Virus record (IMG/VR): IMGVR_UViG_3300023174_003189
Coordinates: 1 to 55,899 of that record
DNA length: 55,899 nucleotides
From: a virus
Taxonomy: Duplodnaviria > Caudoviricetes
Strand: one strand, 5' to 3'
The first letter of the stretch is position 1. Each line of letters opens with the position of its first letter. Below are positions 27,109-37,550 of this stretch, piece after piece. The notes under the pieces were generated by a model. The model made no database searches. It had not been told where the DNA came from and saw only the letters and a program-made list of their open reading frames with translations. Made by a program: the position numbers and the translations under genes.

Positions 27109-27743
27109 TCTTTTTTATCAAATTGGTAGAACCATGAATCAGGAGTGCCAACACTCCACTTCGATACATTTTCTACTGAATAAACCTCTGTTGGTATTTT
27201 AAAATCAGGTGTTTTGACCACTGGTGGTACCAATGATACATCATACCATAGGCACCGATTATTTGGTTGACAGGCAAATTGACCATTATCAAGTTGAATA
27301 AAGTTATATGATTTGTGTTCTTGCACACCTTCTGAGAAACTGGTGTCAATACGATTGAAGTCTGGTGCCGCAAAATCAATTGTAAAAAGATATTTGCCAA
27401 AGTGAAACTGTTTGTCTTTGCCAAAATACTTTACTTTAAGACCACGTAGATTGGACTTTTCAATTACTGCCATATCATATGAGAGGCAATCCCAAATTTG
27501 TAGATTATCTAATGGCAGGTATTCTTCTACTGGTTTCCAAACATAGGCAGAAATTGGTAGTTTGTCAAATAATGCACCATAATCGGTCAACATACATTCG
27601 ATACGAAATGCCTGACCTTTGATTGCTTTGGCAGTCATCCATACACATGGTTCTAATTCACCATGACCTTTTTCATTGTTGTAAAGAAACTCTTTACGAA
27701 CAAAACATTTAACTGGTGGTATGTTTGCAACTAAGAATGCCAT
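27105..27743 (-). CDS. Conserved phage hypothetical protein
   Basis: Likely start MAFLVANIPP; HKSYN...NGQFACQPNNR. Confidence 0.7.
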   Translation of the reverse strand: MAFLVANIPPVKCFVRKEFLYNNEKGHGELEPCVWMTAKAIKGQAFRIECMLTDYGALFDKLPISAYVWKPVEEYLPLDNLQIWDCLSYDMAVIEKSNLRGLKVKYFGKDKQFHFGKYLFTIDFAAPDFNRIDTSFSEGVQEHKSYNFIQLDNGQFACQPNNRCLWYDVSLVPPVVKTPDFKIPTEVYSVENVSKWSVGTPDSWFYQFDKKE

Positions 27744-28177
27744 TATTGTCCGCCTATAAATTTTTCCCAAGAGATAAAATCTCTCAGTTGCCATGTTCTT
27801 TGTTTTAATTCATTGAGTATAGATTCTAAAACCGATACACATTCTTCGTGGTATACTTTTTTTTCTAACATCTTAATCAAATCATTATCACCTTCCAAAT
27901 AAGCATTGATGTCCGACTTTAACACGAAAGAGAATGGTTGCCATCCATTGGCATCTAGTTCTTCTTGGCTCATACGACCAGAATAGTATTCTATTTTTAT
28001 TTTACGCACTCGTAGGTAATCAAAATGTGCCTTTTTAGAAGCAATTTTATGTTTGGTAAGTATGGAAAGATATTGGTTGTGTAGTTTCGGAATTTTCAAC
28101 AGTTCTTTACCAGGTTCCGTTTGGTCAATTTCTGTATCTTTTTCCCACAGTTTTAAAATTTGTTCAAGGTTTTCCAT
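27743..28177 (-). CDS. uvsY: Recombination mediator UvsY
   Basis: IPKLH.QYL, YYSG, R.WQLR.FI.W.KF..G. Confidence 0.92.
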   Translation of the reverse strand: MENLEQILKLWEKDTEIDQTEPGKELLKIPKLHNQYLSILTKHKIASKKAHFDYLRVRKIKIEYYSGRMSQEELDANGWQPFSFVLKSDINAYLEGDNDLIKMLEKKVYHEECVSVLESILNELKQRTWQLRDFISWEKFIGGQ

Positions 28178-28206
28178 AATAAATTCAAAAAGGTTTATAA
28201 AACTAT

Positions 28207-28235
28207 AGTATACTACACTATTGGTTTATTGTCAA
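28207..28235 (-). promoter_or_regulatory. Sigma70-type promoter for uvsY-uvsW
   Basis: TTGACA-17bp-TATACT. Confidence 0.8.
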
Positions 28236-28243
28236 GCTATTGA

Positions 28244-28780
28244 TTAAATTTTTTCAAAGTCAAAATAATCAAATATAAAAACGGCATCGGCAGACATAAT
28301 ATCATCAGCCGATTGTTTGGTATCAAATGTGATATCCGATAAAGTGATTGGAAACATATTGTAAAACTTGACCCGGATGATTGGATTGTTTAAATTTGAC
28401 AATATGGTTAATGTGGCATCTGAATATTGCTGTTTAGTGGTAGACTTATTGTATTGGTTCTGTAGTGCTGTCAACCTATTCCTTTCAGAAAAACTGTCTG
28501 GAGATGCGATGGAGCGGAACCAAGAGTGTAATTGTTGCCATCCTATCAATCCTTCATCAAGTAAAAATGTAACACTAAACGGGTTGTAGGTGATCTTATT
28601 ACCAGGTGCGAATATGTCCAACATTGGAGTGTTGATTGGGGCCTGTCCTAGATTGATTCCTGGTAGGTTTACTAGTTGACAGAAATATTGGGTTGCTTTG
28701 CCAATGCGATCAAAACTCAACAGAAACTTTGTCGGTTGAAGTAGATTGGTGTTTTCGGGAGTTCTAGTTAATACAGTCAT
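28244..28780 (-). CDS. gp3: Tail completion / tube terminator gp3
   Basis: N.L.PTKF, YFCQ.VNLPGI, SDATLTIL, FP..LS; TAAATA at 28786-28791. Confidence 0.88.
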   Translation of the reverse strand: MTVLTRTPENTNLLQPTKFLLSFDRIGKATQYFCQLVNLPGINLGQAPINTPMLDIFAPGNKITYNPFSVTFLLDEGLIGWQQLHSWFRSIASPDSFSERNRLTALQNQYNKSTTKQQYSDATLTILSNLNNPIIRVKFYNMFPITLSDITFDTKQSADDIMSADAVFIFDYFDFEKI

Positions 28781-28797
28781 ACGTCTATTTAGGTCAT

Positions 28798-28830
28798 AAA
28801 AAAAGAGACCTCCGTGTGGGAGGTCTCTTT
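28798..28830 (-). terminator. Rho-independent terminator after gp23
   Basis: AAAGAGACCTCC-CACAC-GGAGGTCTCTTT plus T tract. Confidence 0.88.
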
Positions 28831-28858
28831 AAAGGTCACTCTTGTTGGTGACTTTTTA

Positions 28859-30208
28859 TTACATCAAGTTAGCTACTTTGAATATACGATAGTATACGTT
28901 GCTACGTGGTGTAATCTGGTTGGTAGAAGCACCGTTAGCCAAAGCACCTTTAGCAAATGGGTTAGCTACCATGCCGTAACGAGTTTTGAATCCAATCTTA
29001 GGTTGGAATGTAAACTGGTCAACAGCACGAACCATTTGTAGAGGAACGTATGGGCAATAGAAAATACCAGCATCGTATGGGCTAGAACCTTTGTAACCGA
29101 TAGTTACGAGTTCTTGGTTGCTTGTGTATCCACCAAAGTATGGGTCGATATAGACCTTGATACGTCCATGGAGTAAACCAGCAAATGTGTTGCCTGTGTC
29201 ATCTACTTGCAAATCAGCAGACAGAGCAGGAGTATATTGCAATACACCAGCCATTGCCATTGCAGAAGCAACGTCAGACGAAACGATCAACACGTTACCC
29301 TTACCACGGCGGGTTTGCTTAGCGATTACGTTTGCATCACGCTCGATTTGGAAAATCAAACCTTTGAAACGCTCAACAGACCAACGACCATTGGAGTCTG
29401 TGTCTAAGTCAAATGTACCAGCTGTAGTTGTACCGTATTGTGCACCTGTTACAGCGGACAAATAAATGGTACGGATAACTTCACGATTGATTTCAGCTAG
29501 AATTTCTGTAGACAGAATGTTAGACAATTCTGTTTCAGCATCAAGACCATGAATTGCTTTCAAGTCTTGTGCAAGTTCTAACGAATACTCAGCTTTCAAA
29601 GCACGTGATTGAGCAGTTACAGTAACTTTCTCAATGCTGAATGCCATTTGGCCAAATACGCTGTCAGAATCAGCACCAAGATTTTCAGCAGTTGCTGTGG
29701 GCATGCCAATACCAGTTGTAAAGGCGTTAGCTGTAAAGCTTGCTACAGGATTTGTTGCGATATCATTGTCAGGTGTTGTTGTACCACGGAAACCGTATGG
29801 GTTAGCAACAGAAGAAGCACCAGAAAATACTGTGTTGGCTTCGTTGAAGAAGGCTTCTGCACCTGTTTGATTTGTGTAACGAGCACGCATTGCAAAAATC
29901 AAACCGGTAGGACCTGTCATTGGCTGAACGCCAGCAACGTCATAAGCGATAAGATTTGGCAACGAACGGCGAACCAAGCTGATCAAGATAGGATCAAAAT
30001 TGCTGATACCAGAACCGGTAACGTTGGTAGGACCACCTGTACCGTATGCTGTTTCATTCAATGCTTGAGCATCTTGTGTCATAGCTTGTTGTTGATTCTC
30101 CAAAACGAGGGCTGTAACAGCACGCTTGTAAGGATCTTTAATGGCTTCGAGTTCTGGATGCTCCAAAACAGGTGTCCATTTCTTTTGTAGTTCTTCAGTC
30201 ATATACAT
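28859..30208 (-). CDS. gp23: Major capsid protein gp23
   Basis: GVQPMTGPTGLIFAMR, SRALKAEYSLELAQDLKAIHGLDAE, FQPKIGFKTRYG. Confidence 0.99.
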   Translation of the reverse strand: MYMTEELQKKWTPVLEHPELEAIKDPYKRAVTALVLENQQQAMTQDAQALNETAYGTGGPTNVTGSGISNFDPILISLVRRSLPNLIAYDVAGVQPMTGPTGLIFAMRARYTNQTGAEAFFNEANTVFSGASSVANPYGFRGTTTPDNDIATNPVASFTANAFTTGIGMPTATAENLGADSDSVFGQMAFSIEKVTVTAQSRALKAEYSLELAQDLKAIHGLDAETELSNILSTEILAEINREVIRTIYLSAVTGAQYGTTTAGTFDLDTDSNGRWSVERFKGLIFQIERDANVIAKQTRRGKGNVLIVSSDVASAMAMAGVLQYTPALSADLQVDDTGNTFAGLLHGRIKVYIDPYFGGYTSNQELVTIGYKGSSPYDAGIFYCPYVPLQMVRAVDQFTFQPKIGFKTRYGMVANPFAKGALANGASTNQITPRSNVYYRIFKVANLM

Positions 30209-30239
30209 TTTTTGTTTTCCTTTTTTTGTATATTTGTTA

Positions 30240-31430
30240 TTATTTGTTTACAGTTTGTGAAATTGCTTTCGAGTAAACTTCCATTAAAGGATCGGAAGAT
30301 TTTGTAACCTTCTTTTCTTCTTCAATTTGGACTTCATCATCCAAAGCAGAACTGTCAGCAGAAATTACTGGAGTTTTGAAATATGATTCTTTCAATGTTT
30401 CCAATTTTTCTGTGAATTCTTCCTTCGTAGTAAACTCAACACCCTCTGCGAGTGATTTCATTTTTTCTACTTGGGTCTGCGTCAGGCCTTCACACGCTGC
30501 GTAAATAGCCTCAAACTTTTTATGCTCATTGAGTTCTTTTTTCAACTCAATAGCAGATTGGACTTGTTGATTAAATGCTTCTTCGAGTTCTTCAACTTTA
30601 GAAGTAAGTTCTTCAACAACATCTACCTTTTCTTCAGGAATATCGATATAGTGATCTTCAAACAAATCTTTTAATCCAGCAATAAAATCTTCAACGATTT
30701 CGGCACGGAGTCCTTTTTCGATGGCGATTTGATTATCTTTTACCCACTCCTCAACCATGTAGTTGAGATAGTCATCAACTTTAGTTGCCATTTCTTCTTT
30801 GATTTCCTCAACGGCAGCTTCAAATTGCTCAGCCAAAGCTTCTTCTGCTTCAGCAATAACTTCTTCAGCACGTGCAATAACAGCGGCTTCAAAAATTGTT
30901 GTTGCTTTAGCGATGAATTCTTCAGAAAGATTTTCACCAGAAATTAAGGCATCAATATCTTCCTTCATTTTTTCTTTTTTGATCATTTTTTTAATCATGG
31001 CTTTATCTTCTTTCTCATCTTCGTGGCCTTCTTCTTTTTCGGCTTCAGCAATAACCTCTTCGTCAGCTTCAGTTTCTTCGTAAGTCTGGACACCAACAGA
31101 ACCTTTGTTTAAAGGCATTTGGTTTTTGCCAGTCTTGCCTTCTGGATGTTCAACAGAACCTTGCTCAGCAGGTTGACCTTTAAGTTTTTTGGCTGGTTCA
31201 GAACCTACAGGAGGTGTTGCGCCAGGAGCAGATGCTGTGGGAGCGCCCTTAGTTGCATCTGGAGCACCATCGGTTGTTTTGGTAACTTCGGTACCAATGT
31301 CACCGACTTCTTTGGTGCCATAGGCAACATCGCCAGTTAATTTTTGTGGTTTATCTTGGCCGGACTTTTTGCCTGCAACAGATGCATTCAAAATCTCTTT
31401 AGCGGCTTCGGACAGATTAAATTTTCCCAT
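30240..31430 (-). CDS. gp22: Prohead scaffold gp22
   Basis: Acidic coiled coil, TIFEAAV, VDDYLNY; TATAAATA at 31459-31466. Confidence 0.93.
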   Translation of the reverse strand: MGKFNLSEAAKEILNASVAGKKSGQDKPQKLTGDVAYGTKEVGDIGTEVTKTTDGAPDATKGAPTASAPGATPPVGSEPAKKLKGQPAEQGSVEHPEGKTGKNQMPLNKGSVGVQTYEETEADEEVIAEAEKEEGHEDEKEDKAMIKKMIKKEKMKEDIDALISGENLSEEFIAKATTIFEAAVIARAEEVIAEAEEALAEQFEAAVEEIKEEMATKVDDYLNYMVEEWVKDNQIAIEKGLRAEIVEDFIAGLKDLFEDHYIDIPEEKVDVVEELTSKVEELEEAFNQQVQSAIELKKELNEHKKFEAIYAACEGLTQTQVEKMKSLAEGVEFTTKEEFTEKLETLKESYFKTPVISADSSALDDEVQIEEEKKVTKSSDPLMEVYSKAISQTVNK

Positions 31431-31467
31431 TTTGAAAATCTCCTTGATTTATATTGGATATTTATAT

Positions 31468-32112
31468 TTAAAGTTTTTTTACGAGTGATTCCCAAATGCG
31501 TAGACTCACTTCTTCAATTTCCTTCTGCGAGGCCTTCTTAATTGCCTGTTTTGCTTCAGTAAATTGTTGTTCTGTCCATACACCGTTGACTAACACCCAT
31601 TCTTTGCCTTCCATGATACCTTGAACGAAAGCATTTGGAGCAGAGGGGTCTGCTACAATATCCGCCGCTGTGGCTAGATGAAAATCATCTTGAACTATGT
31701 TTACACCATTAACATTTTTAAGAGAACCCATACCACGAGAGGATACACCGATTTGAGCGCCTCCCTCGATTAAGCTCTTAACAATGTTACCCATAGGTGT
31801 GTCAAGAATTTTTGCTTTGCCTATCCAATCATTACCTTCTTGGCGGAGGTTCACAACCATGTGTGACACTCTGTCCAAATTGATTGATGGTGTGTCTGGA
31901 TGACCCAACTCACCAAAGGCACGGTTTTTATTAATATATTGTTCTGTATATCTTTGCACTTCTTTGGCCATGGTCTCTTTAAGGTACTTACGACCATTAC
32001 GATTGACCACTTCTGCTTGTAGAAATGGACCTTCAATGTAAAGATTTCTCTTGCCGTCTTTATCTTCGGCAAGATATTGTAATGTTTCGGTGACTTCTGT
32101 TATTAACTTCAT
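31468..32112 (-). CDS. gp21: Prohead protease gp21
   Basis: NRNGRKY, GELGHP, GVSSRGMGSL, DIVADPSAP. Confidence 0.97.
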   Translation of the reverse strand: MKLITEVTETLQYLAEDKDGKRNLYIEGPFLQAEVVNRNGRKYLKETMAKEVQRYTEQYINKNRAFGELGHPDTPSINLDRVSHMVVNLRQEGNDWIGKAKILDTPMGNIVKSLIEGGAQIGVSSRGMGSLKNVNGVNIVQDDFHLATAADIVADPSAPNAFVQGIMEGKEWVLVNGVWTEQQFTEAKQAIKKASQKEIEEVSLRIWESLVKKL

Positions 32113-32504
32113 TATAGTCCCATAGCCTTTCTTTTTCTTAAAGACATTTGCCTTTTTCTTAATGACTGCCTCAGTTTACTTCTTCGTTTAAACTTGGAAC
32201 GTCTGGCAGCCATTTTTCTACGCCTACGTTCTTGTGGCGACATTCTTGTTAACTTGCCACCACGAAATGTATAACCAGCTACTGCTGATTTTTTTACTCT
32301 CCGTTGTATCTTTCCACCACGAAATCTCACTCGAATAAGCTTTGCTCTACCTATTCTTTGTATATTGCCTTCAGCAATTTCATTTGCTAAACGCTCTTCA
32401 ATTTGGTCGAGTTTTTCATCGACTATTTCTAATATTCTTTGTTCTAATAATTCTTGTGCTTCTACCAGATTATTAGATAATAATTTGGTGATAAAATCTT
32501 TCAT
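32112..32504 (-). CDS. gp68: Prohead core protein, gp68-like
   Basis: Arg/Lys-rich C-terminus ending RKRKAMGL; synteny. Confidence 0.75.
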   Translation of the reverse strand: MKDFITKLLSNNLVEAQELLEQRILEIVDEKLDQIEERLANEIAEGNIQRIGRAKLIRVRFRGGKIQRRVKKSAVAGYTFRGGKLTRMSPQERRRRKMAARRSKFKRRSKLRQSLRKRQMSLRKRKAMGL

Positions 32505-33022
32505 TATGGTTTGAGGCCATACTCACCGTAATTAAATGCAGCAGGATCATTAAACTGGCCACGTTGATAATATTCATTTTCTTTACGTAGTTCTATGACC
32601 ATTGTATAACTGTCATTAGCTGCCATGCCACGAGTTACAACACCAATATCACCGTTGCATCCTCCTGTGCCTTTTGCATTATTTGGTATTGTTGTCCAAT
32701 TTCCCATACCATCATATTCTCCGTTACCATTCATAATTATTAATGGTACGTTGGTATTTGCTTTCCAGTATAGTTGAACATCTCCGCCTGATCCACAGTC
32801 ATACCATAAACGATTTAATGCTAATCCGTAATACGGTAGTGCTGAACCTCCAGAACTCAATAATCCAGGTACAGCGTTTGCATTTAGTGCACCATACAGC
32901 GAGTTTGCTTGTATACGAGAACTGTTTGATTCTTGGCCTGTGCCATCAAAAGATGCTGTAAGTTTAATAACAACGTGTTCCGTTGTATCTTTAATTACCT
33001 GGTATGTAAATGAATTTGCCAT
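32504..33022 (-). CDS. Hypothetical virion protein
   Basis: 172-aa beta-rich ORF in the head operon. Confidence 0.65.
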   Translation of the reverse strand: MANSFTYQVIKDTTEHVVIKLTASFDGTGQESNSSRIQANSLYGALNANAVPGLLSSGGSALPYYGLALNRLWYDCGSGGDVQLYWKANTNVPLIIMNGNGEYDGMGNWTTIPNNAKGTGGCNGDIGVVTRGMAANDSYTMVIELRKENEYYQRGQFNDPAAFNYGEYGLKP

Positions 33023-33025
33023 TTT

Positions 33026-33247
33026 TTATTCCTGTTTAAATTCTTCTGGTATGGAAGCAGACCACATCATTGTTTCGTATGGTATGGTTACATATTTATT
33101 AATTTTATCCACATAGTATAATGCCACTCTTTGGCCATTCGGAAACTGCCTAACAGACATACGCTTCATCATTAAAACATTAGGCGGATCTTGTTCCGTC
33201 TTTTTGTTTTTTTTACAAGCGGTACATAACTCTTTAAGCGTTTTCAC
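33026..33247 (-). CDS. Hypothetical head-region protein (GTG start)
   Basis: DPPNVLMMKR...VALYY...VTIPY. Confidence 0.6.
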   Translation of the reverse strand: MKTLKELCTACKKNKKTEQDPPNVLMMKRMSVRQFPNGQRVALYYVDKINKYVTIPYETMMWSASIPEEFKQE

Positions 33248-33473
33248 TCTCTTGTTCCTGTTCCGTTTCTTGTGCCTGTGGCGGTTCAATTGCTACATCT
33301 TGAGCCGTAGCCAAAGGATCTTCTACGGGATTCAACATTGTTTTTGCAATCTCTTGTTTATGTGCATCTAAATGTGCCATTACTCTATTCTGTATATCAT
33401 TATACAGAGCGTCCCGCATCTCTTTTGCGTTGTCATTATAAGCGTAATCAACAATAGCTCTAGTATTTTCCAT
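33234..33473 (-). CDS. gp67: Prohead core protein, gp67-like
   Basis: Small acidic ORF after the portal; TATAAATA at 33492-33499 and GGAG SD. Confidence 0.65.
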   Translation of the reverse strand: MENTRAIVDYAYNDNAKEMRDALYNDIQNRVMAHLDAHKQEIAKTMLNPVEDPLATAQDVAIEPPQAQETEQEQESENA

Positions 33474-33494
33474 TATTTTCTCCATTCAAAATAT

Positions 33495-35156
33495 TTATAG
33501 TATTTGTTTTAATTTAACAAACGTTCCGGCTGATTCTTTAACCTTGGCGGCCGCCTGTTGCATATCCATTTGATGCTCTTGGTCTGCTGGATTCTGTGGT
33601 TGTTGTGGTACCTGTGCCATCATTTGTGCTTGAGCTACATCATTTGTCACACCAACTGGTAATCCAAGACCAGCTTCTTTTTCTTCATCAATTTCAGCCT
33701 GCATTTGTTTGATTTCATCATCATTCAAACGTAACACATTTCTTTGTATCCATGCTTGAGAGAAGTAACGACCAGTATATGGATCAACAGAACCTAATAT
33801 CTGTAACCGATTGGTCATCAACTCAGCTTCTTTTAATTCACTAAAATTATTATCTCGTATAAAATCATAGTAAATTTGTTCTTTAAATTCTGACCATTCT
33901 TCAGCGGTACAAATGCCTTTTAACACACATTGTATGCGTAATGCTTGGTCAAAAATATCTGAGAATTTATTACGAACACGGTCAACAAACTTAGCAAATT
34001 TTAATTCATCACGGGTAACTTCTGCCACACGGCCAATTGAGAAACCTTGGTTTGGTTCTAGTCGTGAAATAGGAACACTTAACGATTGATATAATTTCTT
34101 TTGAAAGTATTTGACATCTTCCAATTCACCTAAATTTTGGCCACCAGGTAATGTAGTAATCTCTGTGCCTTTACCACCTTCACGGCGTGGCAACCAAAAA
34201 TCTTCCATCATAGAAAGAAACTTACGGTCATCACGAACTTCACCGGTGTTGGCATCATATACCAGTTTATTCTTATACTTGACCATAATATCACGTAGAT
34301 ATTGCTCTGCTTTTAACTTTGGCAGATTACCTACGTCAATATAAAATATACGGCGTTCTGGTGCACGTGAGATACGATAGATAACTGTCGCATCTTCAAT
34401 CATACGTAACTGATTGAGTGGTTTAATTGCTTTGTGTAGATAAGACAACACAACAGCACGGCGAGAATCCATCAATCCGGAAACAACAGAGATAATAGAA
34501 TCTGTTGTAATGCGAACACCAACAGGCCCATAATTAGTAGAACTACCGGTGACCACTTTGTCGTTGTAAATATAATACTCATTAGCCACAATAACAATTT
34601 CTGCACCAGTTTTTTCATCTTTTTGTTTTTTTAATTCACGAACTTTTCTTAATTTACGAGGATCAATGTAACGCAACTCTTTGATACCGGCAATTGGATT
34701 TTCTTTATCAATAATTACGTTGTAATACAATCTACCATCAATATAATAACGGCGGAAAATATCCTGAGCCATGTTATTATAGTTTAACAACTTTAGAATG
34801 TTTTGAAATTCATCTTTGATGGCTTTTTTAATTTTTTCTGGTTGATTTAGATTATCTAAAACAATGTTGGTTACTTTACCATCATCATCTGATACGATGG
34901 CTTCATTAACTATATCATCAATTGCTGATTCAATTTCTGGTTGCATAGCCATCTCACGATAACGAGAGATAAGTTCTACCTCATTTTTTGCAGTACCATC
35001 AAGATCAACATAAGTGCCATAATATGCTGCTGATTGTATAGTTAATGCACCATCTTCATTAGCTGGTGCTGTAAAGGATTGTTGCGCAGACTGATCACTT
35101 TCGGATTTGTCCCGAGCAATCGTAAAACCAAAAAGAGAGAATTTATTAGCTGCCAT
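33495..35156 (-). CDS. gp20: Portal protein gp20
   Basis: YRISRAPERRIFYIDVGNLPK.KAEQY, EDFWLPRREGGKGTEI. Confidence 0.99.
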   Translation of the reverse strand: MAANKFSLFGFTIARDKSESDQSAQQSFTAPANEDGALTIQSAAYYGTYVDLDGTAKNEVELISRYREMAMQPEIESAIDDIVNEAIVSDDDGKVTNIVLDNLNQPEKIKKAIKDEFQNILKLLNYNNMAQDIFRRYYIDGRLYYNVIIDKENPIAGIKELRYIDPRKLRKVRELKKQKDEKTGAEIVIVANEYYIYNDKVVTGSSTNYGPVGVRITTDSIISVVSGLMDSRRAVVLSYLHKAIKPLNQLRMIEDATVIYRISRAPERRIFYIDVGNLPKLKAEQYLRDIMVKYKNKLVYDANTGEVRDDRKFLSMMEDFWLPRREGGKGTEITTLPGGQNLGELEDVKYFQKKLYQSLSVPISRLEPNQGFSIGRVAEVTRDELKFAKFVDRVRNKFSDIFDQALRIQCVLKGICTAEEWSEFKEQIYYDFIRDNNFSELKEAELMTNRLQILGSVDPYTGRYFSQAWIQRNVLRLNDDEIKQMQAEIDEEKEAGLGLPVGVTNDVAQAQMMAQVPQQPQNPADQEHQMDMQQAAAKVKESAGTFVKLKQIL

Positions 35157-35188
35157 ATTGTTTACTTTTCCAATTCAATTAAACATAA

Positions 35189-35210
35189 ATGGGGTAAAAA
35201 ATTACCCCAT
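35189..35210 (-). terminator. Hairpin terminator after gp19
   Basis: ATGGGGTAA/TTACCCCAT stem followed by TTATGTTT. Confidence 0.65.
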
Positions 35211-35222
35211 ATAAAAAACATA

Positions 35223-35765
35223 TTAAGAAGTAGTATCTGATTCCCAATATTGGAATGCGAATGTTGCTGCATATTCTTCTATAGAATCATTTGAACCCCA
35301 ATCTAAATCAATTGGAGCTACATCTACTGGAAACACACCAACAAATTTATAATTTTTCAGTTCTTGACCAGCTTTACCATATTGAGTAACAACAGCGTCA
35401 ACTGAATAATTTGATGGATTTACAGCGTTAGGATTCCTTACGTTTGATACGTGACTGTTGATTGAATTCATCCATGATTCTAAAGAATTACGGATTAAAA
35501 AATCTTCGTCATTTATAATTTGTAATGTCCAATCTGTAAATGTTCTGTTACCAGCAAACTTTAATTCACGTCCAAAATAATATAATGGAAAGCTATTAAT
35601 TGTTGAACCAGGTAACTGTGCTGTTTTGGCCATGAATGTTGTCTTTTGGCCGGCCACAGCAGCATTTGCCACTACTGTTGGGAATGTTAAAGAGACCTTA
35701 AATAGATTGGGACGGGCACCGTCACCAATCATATTCGCTCTAAATTCTGCTACATTGAATGCCAT
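35223..35765 (-). CDS. gp19: Tail tube protein gp19
   Basis: ARPNLF, GRELKFAGNRTF.DW, NDEDF..R; TAAATA at 35788-35793. Confidence 0.96.
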   Translation of the reverse strand: MAFNVAEFRANMIGDGARPNLFKVSLTFPTVVANAAVAGQKTTFMAKTAQLPGSTINSFPLYYFGRELKFAGNRTFTDWTLQIINDEDFLIRNSLESWMNSINSHVSNVRNPNAVNPSNYSVDAVVTQYGKAGQELKNYKFVGVFPVDVAPIDLDWGSNDSIEEYAATFAFQYWESDTTS

Positions 35766-35793
35766 TTAATTTCTCCTATATTCTTAGTATTTA

Positions 35794-37479
35794 TTAGACA
35801 GCACCAACGACTGTTGTGAAGTCAACACCAGTTCCAACAGCAACAAAATTCAACTGGATGAAATTGACTGAACGAGCAGGTTTGATGTAAATATCACCAA
35901 TAAATTGATTAGAATCAATTACTTGTGGTGTATTATTTGTGGTGTCACATACGACCTTGAAGTCTGTAATACCACGGCGACCTTGAATATCTCTGAGGAA
36001 AGGTGTTATCAATCCAACAAACTGTGCACGTGTAAATTCATCATTGAATTCAAATAATGAATACTTGGCAGCTTCTGCAATTGCTTTCTCAAGAACAATA
36101 AACAATCTACGAACATTGATACGATCAAAAGCGGATGGCTTAGATTGTAGAGTTTTGTCACCAAACAACACGATGCCTTGACCAGGGAAAGAACAAACAG
36201 GATTAATGCCTAACGAATAAATCGTATCACGCTGAGTTTTATTTGGATTCCAAACTAACTTAACTGCATTCTTAACAGAACCACGATTGAAACCAGCTGG
36301 TGAATACCATGGATCACGAACTGTATCTGTATTTACACAGAGTCCAGCTACGTCACCATTCAATGGTACGAAACGATATGTATTGTTGTATTTGTCATAC
36401 ATGTATTTCCAACCAGAATCAGCGACAACATAAGAAGATGAACGATTCAAACTGGACAACCAAGTTGAAATACCAGATGTTGGAGTTACACTAATGTTAT
36501 CAATCGATGTTAATGGAGGTGAAATAAATGCTACACAATCTTTACGTGATCCAACAATGTTGTCGATAACATATTGTTGAATTGTTACGCCAGCATTACC
36601 CGTTATTGCCAAAGAAATGTTTGTTGTATCTTTGTTTGCAAACAAATTCCAAGCTCTCTGATGTTCTCCTGTTGTTGGAGTACCATCTAAACCACCAGCT
36701 AAATTAATTGATTGATTGGTTGTCAAGTTAGCAAATGTTGTGTTTGTTGCATTTGTTCCCCAAGTGGCTGAAGTTGTAATGTAACTAGGAGGATCAACGG
36801 CATAAACATATGTCGATTTATTGAAAATTACTTCTTTATAGTAATTTGTTTGACCATTTATAGAAGCATCTCGTGCTTTAGAAACAAAAGGATAAACTTC
36901 TAATACTGTTCCTCGAGCTCCAGTAAACTTACCATCAGCATCAACAACGACAATGTGCATTTCGTCATTTGAACCACCAACAGAAGTGGCATAATCAGAA
37001 GTGCCTGGTGCGCTTGTGAAATATGATTTATATGTCCAGCTTGTGAACAAAGAAGTATTGGCACAAACATGAACATCTAAAGAATTACCTAATGTGCCAG
37101 GATATCTTGCAGCAAAAGAACCGTAAGTATCATTATTATTTTGATTCAAATATAGATACTTGAATTCTTCTTCATTTTTAAATTGAAATGAACTGTTTGC
37201 TGTAGCGTTACTTGCGTTGGCGCTAATCACTCGAGCAACACTTAAATTATTGCCATATGCTAAAAAGCTAGCAGCAGTTAAAAAAGAAACGGCTGTGGTT
37301 TCTGTTGGTTTAGCAAAAATTTTTGATAGTGTATTTTCGCTATCTACTAAAATTATTGTTTCAGCGGGACCCCAATCGAAGGTTCCAGCATAGGCACCAG
37401 CGGTAGTTAATACCGAAGGAACGACTGTTGTTAAGTCGACCTCGGAAACATTTACGCCTGGAGAGAGTTGAAACGCCAT
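35794..37479 (-). CDS. gp18: Tail sheath protein gp18
   Basis: LSPGV...E.DLT, WYSPAGFNRG, FDRINVRRLF, IKPARSVNFI; TAAATA at 37532-37537. Confidence 0.98.
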   Translation of the reverse strand: MAFQLSPGVNVSEVDLTTVVPSVLTTAGAYAGTFDWGPAETIILVDSENTLSKIFAKPTETTAVSFLTAASFLAYGNNLSVARVISANASNATANSSFQFKNEEEFKYLYLNQNNNDTYGSFAARYPGTLGNSLDVHVCANTSLFTSWTYKSYFTSAPGTSDYATSVGGSNDEMHIVVVDADGKFTGARGTVLEVYPFVSKARDASINGQTNYYKEVIFNKSTYVYAVDPPSYITTSATWGTNATNTTFANLTTNQSINLAGGLDGTPTTGEHQRAWNLFANKDTTNISLAITGNAGVTIQQYVIDNIVGSRKDCVAFISPPLTSIDNISVTPTSGISTWLSSLNRSSSYVVADSGWKYMYDKYNNTYRFVPLNGDVAGLCVNTDTVRDPWYSPAGFNRGSVKNAVKLVWNPNKTQRDTIYSLGINPVCSFPGQGIVLFGDKTLQSKPSAFDRINVRRLFIVLEKAIAEAAKYSLFEFNDEFTRAQFVGLITPFLRDIQGRRGITDFKVVCDTTNNTPQVIDSNQFIGDIYIKPARSVNFIQLNFVAVGTGVDFTTVVGAV

Positions 37480-37550
37480 TTTATTCTCCTTGAATTATTA
37501 TGTGTTTTTGGCAGTTATAATACCATAGCAATATTTATCAACCGTAGGAT

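Noticed and set aside
29157-30190. Long plus-strand ORFs opposite gp23, and similar shadows opposite gp22, uvsX and the fibres
   Set aside because: Antisense shadows of codon-biased genes; no SD or recognisable motifs
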